Shown here: positions 38,259-50,604 of the stretch, piece after piece
Numbering within the stretch: position 1 is the stretch's first letter
Layout: each line of letters opens with the position of its first letter
Assembly: GCA_965219445.1 (NCBI GenBank)
Contig: CBDCNQ010000004.1
Span: forward strand, 128,001 to 192,000
Source of the DNA: Longimicrobiales bacterium
GTDB lineage: Bacteria > Gemmatimonadota > Gemmatimonadetes > Longimicrobiales > Gaopeijiaceae
Reading direction: 5' to 3'
DNA: 64,000 nucleotides
Made by a program: the position numbers and the translations under genes
Notes under the pieces: model-generated
Told to the model about the DNA's origin: nothing
Seen by the model: the letters and a program-made list of their open reading frames with translations, nothing else
Databases searched by the model: none

Positions 38259-39686
38259 CTAGGCGTCCTCGGGGAAGTCCTCGATAAGAGCCTTCAGCTC
38301 CGCGAGGAACCGGGCAGCGTCGGCTCCGTCCACGAGCCGATGGTCGTACGCGAGAGAAAAGAGTGCCCGCTTCCGAATCGCGACGGCATCCGTGCCTGTC
38401 AGCGGATCCTCAACGACCACGGCCCGCTTCTCGATCGCCCCGGTGCCGAGGATCGCGGCCGTCCCCATCGGGATGATGGGCATACCAACCATGGTACCGA
38501 GGACTCCAGGATTGGTGATCGAGAACGTCGATCCTTGGATTTCCGCGGGTGTCAGCTTCCGTGACCGGGCACGACTTGCCAGGTCCATGATCTTCTTACC
38601 GATCCCTACGAGGCTGAGTCCGTCCGTGTCGTGCATTACGGGCACGATTAGGCCGGGGTCGAGATCTACGGCTATCCCGATATTCACGCTGCCTCGATGG
38701 ATGACGTTGTTCCCCGAGACGGTACCGTTGATCATCGGGTACTTGCGCAACAACCGCGAGCACGCCCACACCACGAACGCGGTAAAACTCACCCGCACTC
38801 CCTGCCCCGCCCACTCGCCCTTGTGGGCCACCCGGATCTGGTCAACTCGGGAAAAATCGATCTCGATGAAGGAGTGCACATGGGGCGCGACCCTCTTCGC
38901 CAGAACCATGTGCTCCGCGGTGAGGCGGCGGATCTTGTCCATCGGCTCGACGTGGTCCCCCTCTCGCACAGGGAACTCCGGGTGCTGCGCCTCCCCGTAA
39001 AAGGCCGTCCACAGGTCCGCCGAAGATCCAGAGCCCGAAGGAACCCTAGGGGGGCTTGCGGCCGCGGGGCCCGACTCCAAGGCCACCACGGGCGCCTTCG
39101 CCCCGCCATTTTCGATGAAGTCCAGAATATCCTGTTTTGTTACGCGACCGGCGTGGCCGCTTCCCCGAACGTCAGCGATCGAAATGCCATGCTCCGCAGC
39201 GATCTTCCTCACTACCGGAGTCGAACGGGTCCGTATCCGCACCTCCGCGGTCTCCGGAGCACCTTCCTGGGGGGCAGCTTGGGCAGCGGGGCCATCGGAC
39301 GATGAAACTCCCGCGCCTACGAGCTCCGGAGCGGCGTGCGACGGTCCTGCCTCGGGCTCCAGTCCGTCTGGGACATCGATCGAATCGTGCGCGTCGGCGG
39401 CCGGGGCTCCGGCCTCGCTGGAGGTCGGGGTGATGGCCGCGCCCGCCTCGGTGTCGATATATGCCACGACCGCACCGACTTCGACCGTCTCGCCCTCCTC
39501 GACCCGGACCTCTACGAGCGTGCCCGATTCCGGTGAGGGGATCTCAGCGTCCACCTTGTCCGTTGAGATCTCCAGAATTGGCTCGTCTCTCTCGACCGGG
39601 TCCCCGACCTGCTTCAGCCACTTTGTTACCGTGCCCTCAGCGATAGATTCACCCATCTGGGGCATGGGAACCTCGATGCGGGCCAC
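38259..39686 (-). CDS. 2-oxoacid dehydrogenase E2 (dihydrolipoamide acyltransferase)
   Basis: Lipoyl domain STDKVDAE, E3-binding PVVRKIAAEHG..GSG..GRVTK, catalytic DHRLVDG. Confidence 0.95.
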   Translation of the reverse strand: MARIEVPMPQMGESIAEGTVTKWLKQVGDPVERDEPILEISTDKVDAEIPSPESGTLVEVRVEEGETVEVGAVVAYIDTEAGAAITPTSSEAGAPAADAHDSIDVPDGLEPEAGPSHAAPELVGAGVSSSDGPAAQAAPQEGAPETAEVRIRTRSTPVVRKIAAEHGISIADVRGSGHAGRVTKQDILDFIENGGAKAPVVALESGPAAASPPRVPSGSGSSADLWTAFYGEAQHPEFPVREGDHVEPMDKIRRLTAEHMVLAKRVAPHVHSFIEIDFSRVDQIRVAHKGEWAGQGVRVSFTAFVVWACSRLLRKYPMINGTVSGNNVIHRGSVNIGIAVDLDPGLIVPVMHDTDGLSLVGIGKKIMDLASRARSRKLTPAEIQGSTFSITNPGVLGTMVGMPIIPMGTAAILGTGAIEKRAVVVEDPLTGTDAVAIRKRALFSLAYDHRLVDGADAARFLAELKALIEDFPEDA

Positions 39687-39716
39687 GTCAGAACTCCATA
39701 TTCAGGGGGAACGGGG

Positions 39717-40100
39717 TCAGTCGTTCCCGTCACCACCTGCGGGAGGCTCGCTGGGCTCCGCGGATCCATCTCCCGCATCTACGGTCTGATCGAGGGTAGG
39801 CAAAATCGGCTGAGCGGCCGGCGCAGTGGGCGCCAGGTCCTGCCGTAAGATCGACTGCGGTACCTGTGCACGCGACGACATGATGGAGAGGATCAGAGAC
39901 AACAGCATGAAGAGAGATCCGGTCGTCCAAGTGGCCCTCGTGAGCATGGTCGTGGCTTGGCGCCCGCCTAAGATTCCGTCCGTCGCGGCGGCGCCGCCGC
40001 CCATCGCTGCCAGCCCACCGCCCTTCCCAGACTGCAGAAGGACCACGACACCCAAAAAAATGCCGTCGAGAATCAGGATTGCCAGCAATGCAGCGTACAT
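39717..40100 (-). CDS. secG: Preprotein translocase subunit SecG
   Basis: VLLQSGKGGGLAAMGGG, LTRAT; follows tpiA. Confidence 0.93.
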   Translation of the reverse strand: MYAALLAILILDGIFLGVVVLLQSGKGGGLAAMGGGAAATDGILGGRQATTMLTRATWTTGSLFMLLSLILSIMSSRAQVPQSILRQDLAPTAPAAQPILPTLDQTVDAGDGSAEPSEPPAGGDGND

Positions 40101-40182
40101 GAAACCCCCATGGCTCAGGGTTTGGAGTAACGGCTAAACGTCGCCGGGTCCCCTTGGGGTGTCAACCGGTAAACCCTTGCAG

Positions 40183-40953
40183 TCAGCCAGCTTCAGCGAT
40201 CCTCGCGAAGCTCCCAGGATCGAGGCTCGCTCCACCCACGAGCACCCCATCCACGTCGGCCACCGCAAGGAGTTCAGCCGCGTTATCAGGCTTCACGCTC
40301 CCACCATAGAGGATGGCGACCTGTTGTGCGAAGCCGTCGCCCCGTACCTCCCTCAGACGGCCGCGAAGAATACCATGCGCATCTGCCACATCCTGCACTG
40401 TCGCGGTCTCTCCGGTGCCGATCGCCCAAACCGGCTCGTACGCTACGAGGAGCGATCTTTTCACGTCCTCGGGAACGCCGAGCAGAGCGGCATCCAGCTG
40501 GCGGACGATGACTTCTTCCACCTGTCCATCCCGGCGCTCCTCTAGCGTCTCTCCGACGCACACCACGGGCGCCAGGCCTTCACCCACTGCCGCGGCCACC
40601 TTGCGCTCGACCTGCGCGTCTGTTTCACCGAACACATGTCGGCGCTCCGAATGTCCGACGAGAGCGAATCGGGCACCGGCCGCCAACGCCATTCCGGCCG
40701 AGTGTTCCCCGGTGAAGGCACCGCTGGGCTCCCAGTGGATATTCTGGATGCCGAGGCTGATCTCCGGACGCCCCACCCTCGATTCCGCGGCCGCGAGAAG
40801 GGAGATCGCCGGAGGAAAAATCAAAATCGTCGGCTCGGGGATCGGAAGCTGGGGAGAAAACTCGCTGAAAAACTTGCGCGTCGCGGCGGGGCCGTGATGC
40901 ATTTTCCAGTTGCCGGCGATCACCTTTGGTCTCACGTCATGCCCTCCTGACAT
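40183..40953 (-). CDS. tpiA: Triosephosphate isomerase
   Basis: AGNWKM, GHSERR, AYEPVWAIGTG, YGGSV. Confidence 0.97.
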   Translation of the reverse strand: MSGGHDVRPKVIAGNWKMHHGPAATRKFFSEFSPQLPIPEPTILIFPPAISLLAAAESRVGRPEISLGIQNIHWEPSGAFTGEHSAGMALAAGARFALVGHSERRHVFGETDAQVERKVAAAVGEGLAPVVCVGETLEERRDGQVEEVIVRQLDAALLGVPEDVKRSLLVAYEPVWAIGTGETATVQDVADAHGILRGRLREVRGDGFAQQVAILYGGSVKPDNAAELLAVADVDGVLVGGASLDPGSFARIAEAG

Positions 40954-40998
40954 GCACGATCGATGTGCGCGGTCGATACGAATCGATAAGAAGCGACG

Positions 40999-42207
40999 CT
41001 AACGGTCCGACAGAGCCGCGACGCCCGGTAAACTCTTGCCCGAAAGGAGTTCGAGTGAAGCACTGCCACCCGTCGAGATGTGCGTGATGCGATCGATAAC
41101 GCCGGCCGCCACCGCGGCTGCGGCGGAGTCTCCCCCTCCTACGATCACCGTTGCACCCCGATCGGCTGTCGACGCAGCGGCCTGCGCGACCTGGAACGTG
41201 CCCGACTGGAATGGCTCAAGCTCAAAGACGCCCATGGGTCCACTCCATATGACCGTGCGCGCCCCGGCCAAGGCGTCGGCGAAAGACTCTGTCGACCGCG
41301 GCCCGATATCCCCGATGCGTTCACCCTCCCTCACTTCGTCGCGCGCCGACACACGGGTGGTGGCATCGGACGTGATGCACGGGGCCGTTACCACATCCAT
41401 GGGCAACAGAAGCTTGTTTCCGGCCGAAACCATCAGTGAGCGTGCCGTATCGATCCGATCGTCTTGCACGAGAGAATCGCCCACGGCCCAGCCTTGCGCT
41501 TTGTAAAACGTGTTGGCCATGGCCCCACCGATCAGCAGCCGGTCCACGGAGGGAAGCAACGCCTCGATCACGTCTATCTTGCTCGAAATCTTCGCCCCGC
41601 CGATGACGGCCACGAAGGGATGCTCCGGGTCGGCCATGGCATCGCAAAGGAAACGGAGCTCCTGTTCCAATAGAAACCCCGCCACCGCCTCGCCCCCGGC
41701 TTCCCGTACGGCCTCGGCGATGCCCTGGGTAGAGGCATGGCTTCGGTGTGCGGTTCCAAAGGCGTCATTGACGAAGAGCTTCGTCCCATAACGAATCTCC
41801 TCCGCCCACTGGAGATCGTTTTGGACATCCTCAGAGCAGAAGCGCGTGTTCTCCAGGAGGAGGACATCTCCGCTCTTCATCCCTTGGACGGCTTCGCGGG
41901 CGAGGGGGCCGGTCGTCATGGGGCAAAACCCGACCGGAAATCCTAGAACTTCCTCGAGTTTTCCAGCGACCGGACGGAGGGAGAGCGCTGGGTCCGCCCG
42001 ACCCTTTGGTCGGCCCAGATGAGACAGCAGAACCGCCTTCGCCCCGGCCTCGACCAGATACTGGATCGTGGGCAATGTTCGTACGAGACGGGTATCGTCA
42101 ACGACTTCGCCATCTTTGCCAAGCGGCAGGTTGTAGTCCACCCGAACGACTACGACTTCGTTGGCGAGGGTCTCCGGAGGACAATCCTCGAGCGTCTTCT
42201 TGGCCAT
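40999..42207 (-). CDS. pgk: Phosphoglycerate kinase
   Basis: SHLGRP, LLENTRF, NDAFGTAHR, GGAKISSK, GGGDS. Confidence 0.96.
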   Translation of the reverse strand: MAKKTLEDCPPETLANEVVVVRVDYNLPLGKDGEVVDDTRLVRTLPTIQYLVEAGAKAVLLSHLGRPKGRADPALSLRPVAGKLEEVLGFPVGFCPMTTGPLAREAVQGMKSGDVLLLENTRFCSEDVQNDLQWAEEIRYGTKLFVNDAFGTAHRSHASTQGIAEAVREAGGEAVAGFLLEQELRFLCDAMADPEHPFVAVIGGAKISSKIDVIEALLPSVDRLLIGGAMANTFYKAQGWAVGDSLVQDDRIDTARSLMVSAGNKLLLPMDVVTAPCITSDATTRVSARDEVREGERIGDIGPRSTESFADALAGARTVIWSGPMGVFELEPFQSGTFQVAQAAASTADRGATVIVGGGDSAAAAVAAGVIDRITHISTGGSASLELLSGKSLPGVAALSDR

Positions 42208-42213
42208 CCGGGA

Positions 42214-44005
<1,792 letters not shown>

Positions 44006-44009
<4 letters not shown>

Positions 44010-44857
44010 ACGGGGGTCCGACTAGACCGAGCGGCTTCTAGAGCCCGCCTCATCGCATCGATCGGGGCCGCCTCACCCCACCAGTGTTCGAAGGCCACGG
44101 CGCCCTGGTACACCAGCATCTCCCCGCCATCCACCGCCGGAATCCCAAGGTGTTTGGAGGCTGCCACGAATGGCGTAGCGCGCGGGCCATACACGAGGTC
44201 CATTACGGCACCCGCTCCTGAAAGCCGCTCGAGGTCAAGTGGGAGTTCGTCTTCACTGTCGAGCCCGAGGCTGGTCGTATTCACGACCAGATCGAAGTCG
44301 CCGTCGTCGATGTCGGAAGGACTCTCCGCGACGCGTACGCGATCTCCACCGATTCTGCGTGCCACCGCTCGGGCCCGCTCAACCGTACGATTGAGAATCA
44401 AGACGTCCTCGGCCTGATGATCTACTAGGCTGAGCAATGCCGCGCGCGCCGCGCCTCCCGCCCCGAGTAGGAGCACCCGATACCCAGCCGCGTTGCCGTC
44501 GAGAAAGTGCCGCAGTGCTCGCCCGAAGCCTTCGACATCGGTGTTGTCCCCACAGAGTTTTCCGCCCTCGCCCCAAAACGTGTTACATGCCCCCGTACGG
44601 CGGACCGCCTCCGACGGGCTGTCGATGATGGAGGCGGCTTTTTCCTTATGAGGAAGCGTGATGTTGCCCCCGCCCCCGCCCCGTGCGATCCCCGACATGA
44701 ACCCGACCATCCCCTCGGCATCGCAGCGAAGCGCCACGTACACGCCATCGACCCCGGTTTCTTGAAACGCAGCGTTCTGAATCACGGGCGAAAGCGAGTG
44801 CCCAACCGGATTTCCGAGGACCGTGAACACCCGAGTCCGTGCCGTCAGCGAGCTCAA
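44006..44857 (-). CDS. aroE: Shikimate dehydrogenase
   Basis: HSLSP, NITLPHK, NTD, GAGGAA, DG.EMLVYQG; TTG 44857 overlaps the upstream TGA. Confidence 0.94.
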
Positions 44858-45387
44858 GGAAGGGCCTCCCGTTGGGGAGAGAGGAACTCGGTGTCGACGC
44901 GTTCGAGAGCGGCCTCCACCAAGCCGTCCAGCACCTCCAGGCACTCACGGTAGGCCTCAGCGTCTCCACCGAATGGGTCCGGCACCCCCGACTCACGCGC
45001 ATGGTCACCTCCATGGGAGAAGGCGGACAACATCCACACCTTGCCACCGCCTCCAAGCGCCTCAGCGGCATCTGCGTGTTCTGGCTCCATGGTCAGGATG
45101 AGGCTGGCCCAGGCCACCAAATCCGTGTCGAGCGGAGTGCTCCTGTGTCCCTCGAGACTCAGCCCGTTGGATTCGGCCGCTCCCTGCGCCCCCTCGCTCG
45201 CCCCACCACCGGGGGCCGCCGAGACACCCGCCGACCGGATCTCGACGCCGTCCCACCCATGCCGGCCCACCGCCCGTTCGGCGATCGCCTGAGCCATCGG
45301 ACTCCGGCAGGTGTTGCCCGTGCACACGAACAGGAGTCTGAAGCTGGGTTGATCACTCATGGATGTACCGGTCATGGGCTCATTCAC
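44854..45387 (-). CDS. Low-molecular-weight protein tyrosine/arginine phosphatase
   Basis: VCTGNTCRSPMA P-loop, DPFGG. Confidence 0.94.
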   Translation of the reverse strand: MNEPMTGTSMSDQPSFRLLFVCTGNTCRSPMAQAIAERAVGRHGWDGVEIRSAGVSAAPGGGASEGAQGAAESNGLSLEGHRSTPLDTDLVAWASLILTMEPEHADAAEALGGGGKVWMLSAFSHGGDHARESGVPDPFGGDAEAYRECLEVLDGLVEAALERVDTEFLSPQREALP

Positions 45388-45399
45388 GTGCTACTCCAC

Positions 45400-46092
45400 T
45401 CATATGCGGTCGGTGCCACCGTGCCCACCGGCGCCGCCGGCTCGGACAGCGGGAAGTACGCAGCGGACCCGCCCCAGGGGTATGGTACCCTGACGTAGAA
45501 CCACCGGCTCTGGCCCCGAGCAGTCGATGATCGTGGACGGCGGAGAGGGCTCCAGAGCTCCCCCGTCGAGCACCCACAGTTCCTCCCCCGCCCCGGCAGC
45601 GAGGGCAGCGCCGAGGGCACTCTGAGCGTCCAAGGCCGGAGCCTCCCCGGCCCGATTGGCACTGGTTGATAAAATGGGGCCACCCCTGCCGCGGACCAAC
45701 TCCTGAACCAGTGGGTGGGGGCTCACGCGAACCGCGACGCTCCCGTCCGATCCTCGGACGCCCTCGGGATACCGCTCCCCCGGGTCCGACAACACGAGCG
45801 TAACGGAGCCTGGCCAGAAGACCTCTGCCAGCTCAGTCGCCTCCGGCGTCCAGGTCAGATCACTCACGGCTTCCTTGTCGGGAACCAAGAGCAGCATGGG
45901 CTTCGCCGGGTCCCGACTCTTGAGTTCCGCCAGCCTGTCAATGACCGAGGGCGTCGGAAGGCCACCGAATCCGTAGACCGTTTCCGTCGGGTACGCCAGC
46001 AGTCCCCCAAGCCTCAAGTGCTCCTGTACCAAGTCGAGGGTATCTGCCGCCCGAGTGGCTTCGCGGGCATCGATGAGTCTGGGACCGGTCAC
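45400..46092 (-). CDS. tsaC: L-threonylcarbamoyladenylate synthase (TsaC/Sua5 family)
   Basis: PTETVYG, KSR..KP, WPG, STSAN, PSTIID. Confidence 0.93.
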   Translation of the reverse strand: MTGPRLIDAREATRAADTLDLVQEHLRLGGLLAYPTETVYGFGGLPTPSVIDRLAELKSRDPAKPMLLLVPDKEAVSDLTWTPEATELAEVFWPGSVTLVLSDPGERYPEGVRGSDGSVAVRVSPHPLVQELVRGRGGPILSTSANRAGEAPALDAQSALGAALAAGAGEELWVLDGGALEPSPPSTIIDCSGPEPVVLRQGTIPLGRVRCVLPAVRAGGAGGHGGTDRI

Positions 46093-46131
46093 GACGCCGT
46101 CCAGTGGCTCGCGAACTTCCGGAACACCACA

Positions 46132-46860
46132 CTAGCAGCCTTCATGGCGGGACAACGTCAACTCGGCCATTTCGAGATCCTCCGGCCGGGTGATCTTCAA
46201 ATTGTCCGCTGACGACTCCACCATCACCACCCGGCCTCCTACCCGCTCCACGAGCGTCGCGTCGTCGGTCGCGGGGAGGTCCTCCGTGTAGGCCCGGCGA
46301 TACGCATTCATGATCACACCGAGCGGAAAAGCCTGGGGTGTCTGGGCGTGCCAAAGACGTGACCGATCCGGCGTGGTCGCCACCTGCCCGCCGCCGTCGA
46401 CCTCCTTCACCGTGTCGACCACGGGAACGCCGGCGACCGCCCCCACCCCACTCCCAGCCAGTTCGATGCACCGGCCGATGACATGCCCAGAGACCAGCGG
46501 GCGTGCCCCGTCGTGGACCACCACCAAATCGAGCGACCCCGACAGCGCCCGAAGGCCTGCCCACACGGAGTCTCGCCGGGTCTCGCCACCCTCGACCACT
46601 CGGATTCTCCGATCGGCTTCGATCAACCATGCGGGGGGAGACTCGGCATGGGCAGTCGGAAGAGACACGACCACCTCCCGAACCCCGGGTTGATCGAGGA
46701 AGGGCCGCAAGGCCCGGATCAAGACCGGCTCACCGCAAAGCTCGAGAAAGGGTTTGGCCATGCCCCCCATGCGCTGTCCGGAACCCGCGGCCGGGACCAC
46801 CACGCCGACGGTGAACTCCCCCTCCCGTGACTTCGATTGATCGCCCGCAGGCCCGGTCAC
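46132..46860 (-). CDS. ispD: 2-C-methyl-D-erythritol 4-phosphate cytidylyltransferase
   Basis: AAGSGQRM..K, VHDGARP, QTPQAF, NLKIT. Confidence 0.96.
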   Translation of the reverse strand: MTGPAGDQSKSREGEFTVGVVVPAAGSGQRMGGMAKPFLELCGEPVLIRALRPFLDQPGVREVVVSLPTAHAESPPAWLIEADRRIRVVEGGETRRDSVWAGLRALSGSLDLVVVHDGARPLVSGHVIGRCIELAGSGVGAVAGVPVVDTVKEVDGGGQVATTPDRSRLWHAQTPQAFPLGVIMNAYRRAYTEDLPATDDATLVERVGGRVVMVESSADNLKITRPEDLEMAELTLSRHEGC

Positions 46861-48272
46861 GGCCCGTCGTGACCGCCAGGCTCTGCCCCCGCGGCCCTGG
46901 ACGATCCGCGAGCCACTGAATCGAAGCGCGTGTAGGCCTTGTGGAAGTAGAGATCCACTAGACCGGTTGGGCCATTCCGCTGCTTGCTGACGATCAGCTC
47001 GGCCTTCCCGTCGATTGAGTTCCCGTCCTTGTCCACCGGGCCAAAATAGTATTCGGGACGGTACAGAAACATGACCAGATCGGCATCCTGCTCGATGGAT
47101 CCGCTGTCCCTGAGGTCCGAGAGCTGGGGCCGTCGGTCCGTACGCTGTTCCGGCGCCCGGCTGAGCTGACTGAGTGCGACGACCGGTACCTCCAGCTCTC
47201 TCGCAAGCGCCTTGAGGCCCCTCGAGATCTCGCTCACTTCCTGAACCCGGTTCTCCGAGCGGCCGTGGCCCGTCATGAGCTGCATGTAGTCGATGATCAG
47301 GAGCCCCAGATCGGTCTCGGCCTTGAGCCGCCGCGCCTTCGCCCTCATCTCGAGGACCGTGCTCCCCGGTGAATCATCGATCCATAGGGGCGCGGTGTTC
47401 AAATGCCCAGCGGACGCGGCAAGCCGTTGGTACTCTTCGGGACTCATCTTTCCACGACGGAGCTTCTGCGCATCGACCCGGCCCTCGGCGCAGAGAAAGC
47501 GCTGCACCAGCTGCTCTTTGGACATCTCGAGGGAAAAGATGGCCACCGTCGTATTGTGCTCGATTGCGGCGCTCTGAGCCACGTTCAGAACCCAGGACGT
47601 TTTTCCCATCGAGGGGCGCCCCGCGACGATCACCAGCTCGCCTTTCTGGAGGCCGGTAGTCATGCGGTCGAGATCCTTGAAGCCCGTCGGGATCCCGGAG
47701 ATCCCACCGGCGGATTCTTGGAGACGCTCGATCTGCTCGAACGTCGGCCACAGGACCTCCTTGATCCAAACGAAGCCCTGTCGGTCATGGCTCTCGGCAA
47801 CCCGGAACACCCTCTGCTCCGCCTGATCCATGACCTCCTCGACGGAACGCTCCCCCTGGTCGTGGACGTCCCGGATGATGTCGGATGCGGCGCCGACGAG
47901 CCTCCTGAGCATCGCCTTGTCGCGGACGATTCGGGCGTGGTACTCGATGTTGGCCGCCGTCGGGACCGCGTCGAGAAGTTCCGCGAGGTAGGGCGACCCC
48001 CCAGCGGACTCGAGCTCACCCGTGTTCTTGAGCTCCTCATTGAGCGTGATCACGTCAACGACGTCCCCGCGCTCGAAGAGGCGCACCATGCCTCGGAAGA
48101 GTCGGCGGTTGGCCTCCCGGTGGAACATGGAGTCGTCGACGACCTCGATGGCTTTCGCGACCGCATCGTTGTCGATGAGCATACCGCCGAGGACCGTGAT
48201 CTCGGCCTCCAACGAGTACGGCAGCTCCCGATCGTAATCGGGCAGCGCGGCAGGAATTGAGGCAGTCTCCAT
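46857..48272 (-). CDS. dnaB: Replicative DNA helicase
   Basis: GRPSMGKT Walker A, FSLEM, IDYMQL, LSQLSR, SGSIEQDAD, KQRNGP; ATG 48272. Confidence 0.97.
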   Translation of the reverse strand: METASIPAALPDYDRELPYSLEAEITVLGGMLIDNDAVAKAIEVVDDSMFHREANRRLFRGMVRLFERGDVVDVITLNEELKNTGELESAGGSPYLAELLDAVPTAANIEYHARIVRDKAMLRRLVGAASDIIRDVHDQGERSVEEVMDQAEQRVFRVAESHDRQGFVWIKEVLWPTFEQIERLQESAGGISGIPTGFKDLDRMTTGLQKGELVIVAGRPSMGKTSWVLNVAQSAAIEHNTTVAIFSLEMSKEQLVQRFLCAEGRVDAQKLRRGKMSPEEYQRLAASAGHLNTAPLWIDDSPGSTVLEMRAKARRLKAETDLGLLIIDYMQLMTGHGRSENRVQEVSEISRGLKALARELEVPVVALSQLSRAPEQRTDRRPQLSDLRDSGSIEQDADLVMFLYRPEYYFGPVDKDGNSIDGKAELIVSKQRNGPTGLVDLYFHKAYTRFDSVARGSSRAAGAEPGGHDGP

Positions 48273-49066
48273 CAGCTTCCGTCCATGATCTGTCGAAGGA
48301 GCTGGAGATCGTCCCACGTGGAACGGGTCCAGCCCGCATTCCTCAGCAGCGCCGCAGGGTGATAGGTGACGACCAACGGGACGCCTTCATAAGCGTACAC
48401 CGAGCCTCGGAGCTTTCCGAGTGGGCGGTCCGTCCCCGTGAGCAACTGCGCTGCGAAGGTACCAACAGCCAGAATAACCTCTGGCGCAACCAGGGCAATC
48501 TGGCGCTTCAAAAAGGGTGAGCAGAGCTCGATTTCGTCCGCCATGGGGTCGCGATTTCCGGGCGGCCGGCACTTGAGAACGTTACAGATATAGACCGAGT
48601 CCTTCCGGGACAGATCCACCGCAGCGAGTAAGAGGTCCAAGAATTTCCCTGCCTGGCCGACGAAAGGCAGGCCGGTACGGTCTTCGTTGGCGCCGGGCGC
48701 CTCACCTACCACCATGAGGCGCGCCTGCGGATTTCCGTCCGAGAAGACCACGTGAGTCCGGCTCTTGGCCAGGCGGCACCGTTGGCAGCACTCGGCCACC
48801 GCCTTGAGCTCCGTGTATTTCAGGCCGGTGAGGTCGGCGTCAGTGGCGGAGATCTCCACGCCATCATCTTCGGTCGGATCGGCACGGGCAGTCTCGTGTA
48901 CCGTGGCACCACTCCGCTTCGTGTGGACCCCTCTACGCGCCCCCGCGACGGCGATGAGTACCTGCTCTCGCGTGGGCCCCTCGAGGAAGATTTCGTCGAG
49001 GCTCAGGTCCTCTTGCTGCCGAAGAAAGCGCGCGACGTCTTCGAGATTTTTCGGATCGGCACTCAC
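48272..49066 (-). CDS. udg: Uracil-DNA glycosylase family 4
   Basis: CQRCRL, GEAPG..ED..G.PFVG, KCRPPGNR, YHPAA. Confidence 0.94.
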   Translation of the reverse strand: MSADPKNLEDVARFLRQQEDLSLDEIFLEGPTREQVLIAVAGARRGVHTKRSGATVHETARADPTEDDGVEISATDADLTGLKYTELKAVAECCQRCRLAKSRTHVVFSDGNPQARLMVVGEAPGANEDRTGLPFVGQAGKFLDLLLAAVDLSRKDSVYICNVLKCRPPGNRDPMADEIELCSPFLKRQIALVAPEVILAVGTFAAQLLTGTDRPLGKLRGSVYAYEGVPLVVTYHPAALLRNAGWTRSTWDDLQLLRQIMDGS

Positions 49067-50307
49067 GCGCCGGACTCGACGATCCCGGAAACCCGGTCGA
49101 AAATCACCTCTGCGACCTCATCCTTGGTTGAGAGAGGAAGCTCCTCGGTCTCTCCGTCCTCCCCGAGCAGCACTACCCGGTTCGTGTCTACTTCGAATCC
49201 AGCACCCTCCGCATTCTCTTCATTGGCGACGATCAGATCGAAACCCTTGGACTCGAGCTTCGCGCGAGCGTTTTCCATGAGAGACTGCGTCTCGAGAGCG
49301 AATCCGACCGAAACCGATCCCGTCTTCCGCACGGTGCGGGTCTCCAACGCCACGTCTGGATTCTCTGTAAGTGAGAGAGTCATGTCCGATCCCACGTCGG
49401 CCCGCTTCAGTTTCTTTTCCGAGGGGTCCGCCGGCCGGTAGTCCGCGACCGCCGCGGCGAAAACCGATACGTCCGCCTTGGGAAGGTGCTCAGAAACGCA
49501 GTCGAGCATCTCACGGGCGGTCTCGACCGTGAGCACCTCCACGCCATACGGACCCGGCAGGGACACAGGGCCCACCACAACCGTCACGTCCGCTCCCCGT
49601 CGCCACGCCGCGGCCGCCAAAGCGAACCCCATCCGGCCGGAGGACCGATTGGCGATGAACCTCACGGGATCGAACGCCTCGCGGGTAGGGCCGGCCGTGA
49701 TGAGCACTTTCTTGCCCCTCAACGGAGACGCCTCTGACAGCACCCGGCCGATCTCTTCGACGATCTCGTGGGGCTCCAACATCCGCCCAGGGCCGGTTCC
49801 TTCCCCGGCGGCCAACGGGCCGGTTCCGGGTCCGGCCACGCGGTACGACAGCGACTCCTGCAAATAACCGAGGTTGGCCTGCGTCTGAGGGTGGGAATAC
49901 ATCCGGTCGTTCATGGCCGGACAGATGAGCACTGGAGCCCTCGTCGCCAGTAGAGTCGTGGTGAGCAAGTCGTCCGCCCTACCCTGAGCCGCCCGTGCAA
50001 TCAGATCGGCCGTCGCTGGCGCCACACACACGACGTCGGCCTCGGACCCGAGCTTGATGTGGAGAGCGGCCCCCTCGGTGGAAAACATCTCAGTTGCGGA
50101 GGAGCGGCCCGTGACCCCCTCGAACGAGAGAGGCTGGACGAAACTTTGCGCGCCGGCGGTAAGAATCGTGTCGACAGCCGCGCCGAGCCGCGTCAGGTCT
50201 CGGGCGAGCTGAACGGACTTATATGCGGCGATGCCTCCGGTGACGCCGAGGACGATCCTCCGTCCCTCCCACGGACGCCGGGGATGAAGTACACGTGGGG
50301 ACGACAC
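49063..50307 (-). CDS. coaBC: Phosphopantothenoylcysteine decarboxylase/ligase
   Basis: GVTGGIAAYK, PAMN, TAGPTRE..DPVRFIANRSSG.MG, GFALE. Confidence 0.97.
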   Translation of the reverse strand: MSSPRVLHPRRPWEGRRIVLGVTGGIAAYKSVQLARDLTRLGAAVDTILTAGAQSFVQPLSFEGVTGRSSATEMFSTEGAALHIKLGSEADVVCVAPATADLIARAAQGRADDLLTTTLLATRAPVLICPAMNDRMYSHPQTQANLGYLQESLSYRVAGPGTGPLAAGEGTGPGRMLEPHEIVEEIGRVLSEASPLRGKKVLITAGPTREAFDPVRFIANRSSGRMGFALAAAAWRRGADVTVVVGPVSLPGPYGVEVLTVETAREMLDCVSEHLPKADVSVFAAAVADYRPADPSEKKLKRADVGSDMTLSLTENPDVALETRTVRKTGSVSVGFALETQSLMENARAKLESKGFDLIVANEENAEGAGFEVDTNRVVLLGEDGETEELPLSTKDEVAEVIFDRVSGIVESGA

Positions 50308-50315
50308 ACTCGGTT

Positions 50316-50531
50316 CTACCCCTCGCGACGCCTGCGACCGACCAGGCGGAACTCGATCTGACCCGAAGTAAGCGCTTCGAGGGACTTCGTGGTGAGTTTC
50401 TTCTCCTCCCCGAGGGGGAGGGTCTCTCTGGGCAAGGAATTGAGCTCTCGAGCGTACTTCGCCGCCACGAGCACGCCGAGATACTTGCTCTGCGTGTGTG
50501 CGGCGGACTCGTCGGGCGTGAATACGCGCAT
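50316..50531 (-). CDS. rpoZ: RNA polymerase omega subunit
   Basis: SKYLGVLVAAKYAR pattern; lies between gmk and coaBC. Confidence 0.88.
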   Translation of the reverse strand: MRVFTPDESAAHTQSKYLGVLVAAKYARELNSLPRETLPLGEEKKLTTKSLEALTSGQIEFRLVGRRRREG

Positions 50532-50604
50532 GATGAAGCTCCTGGGCCAGGCCCTATATGTTGTCCTATTACAAACGTTTACGTCGCGCTACTCATTCGG
50601 AATG

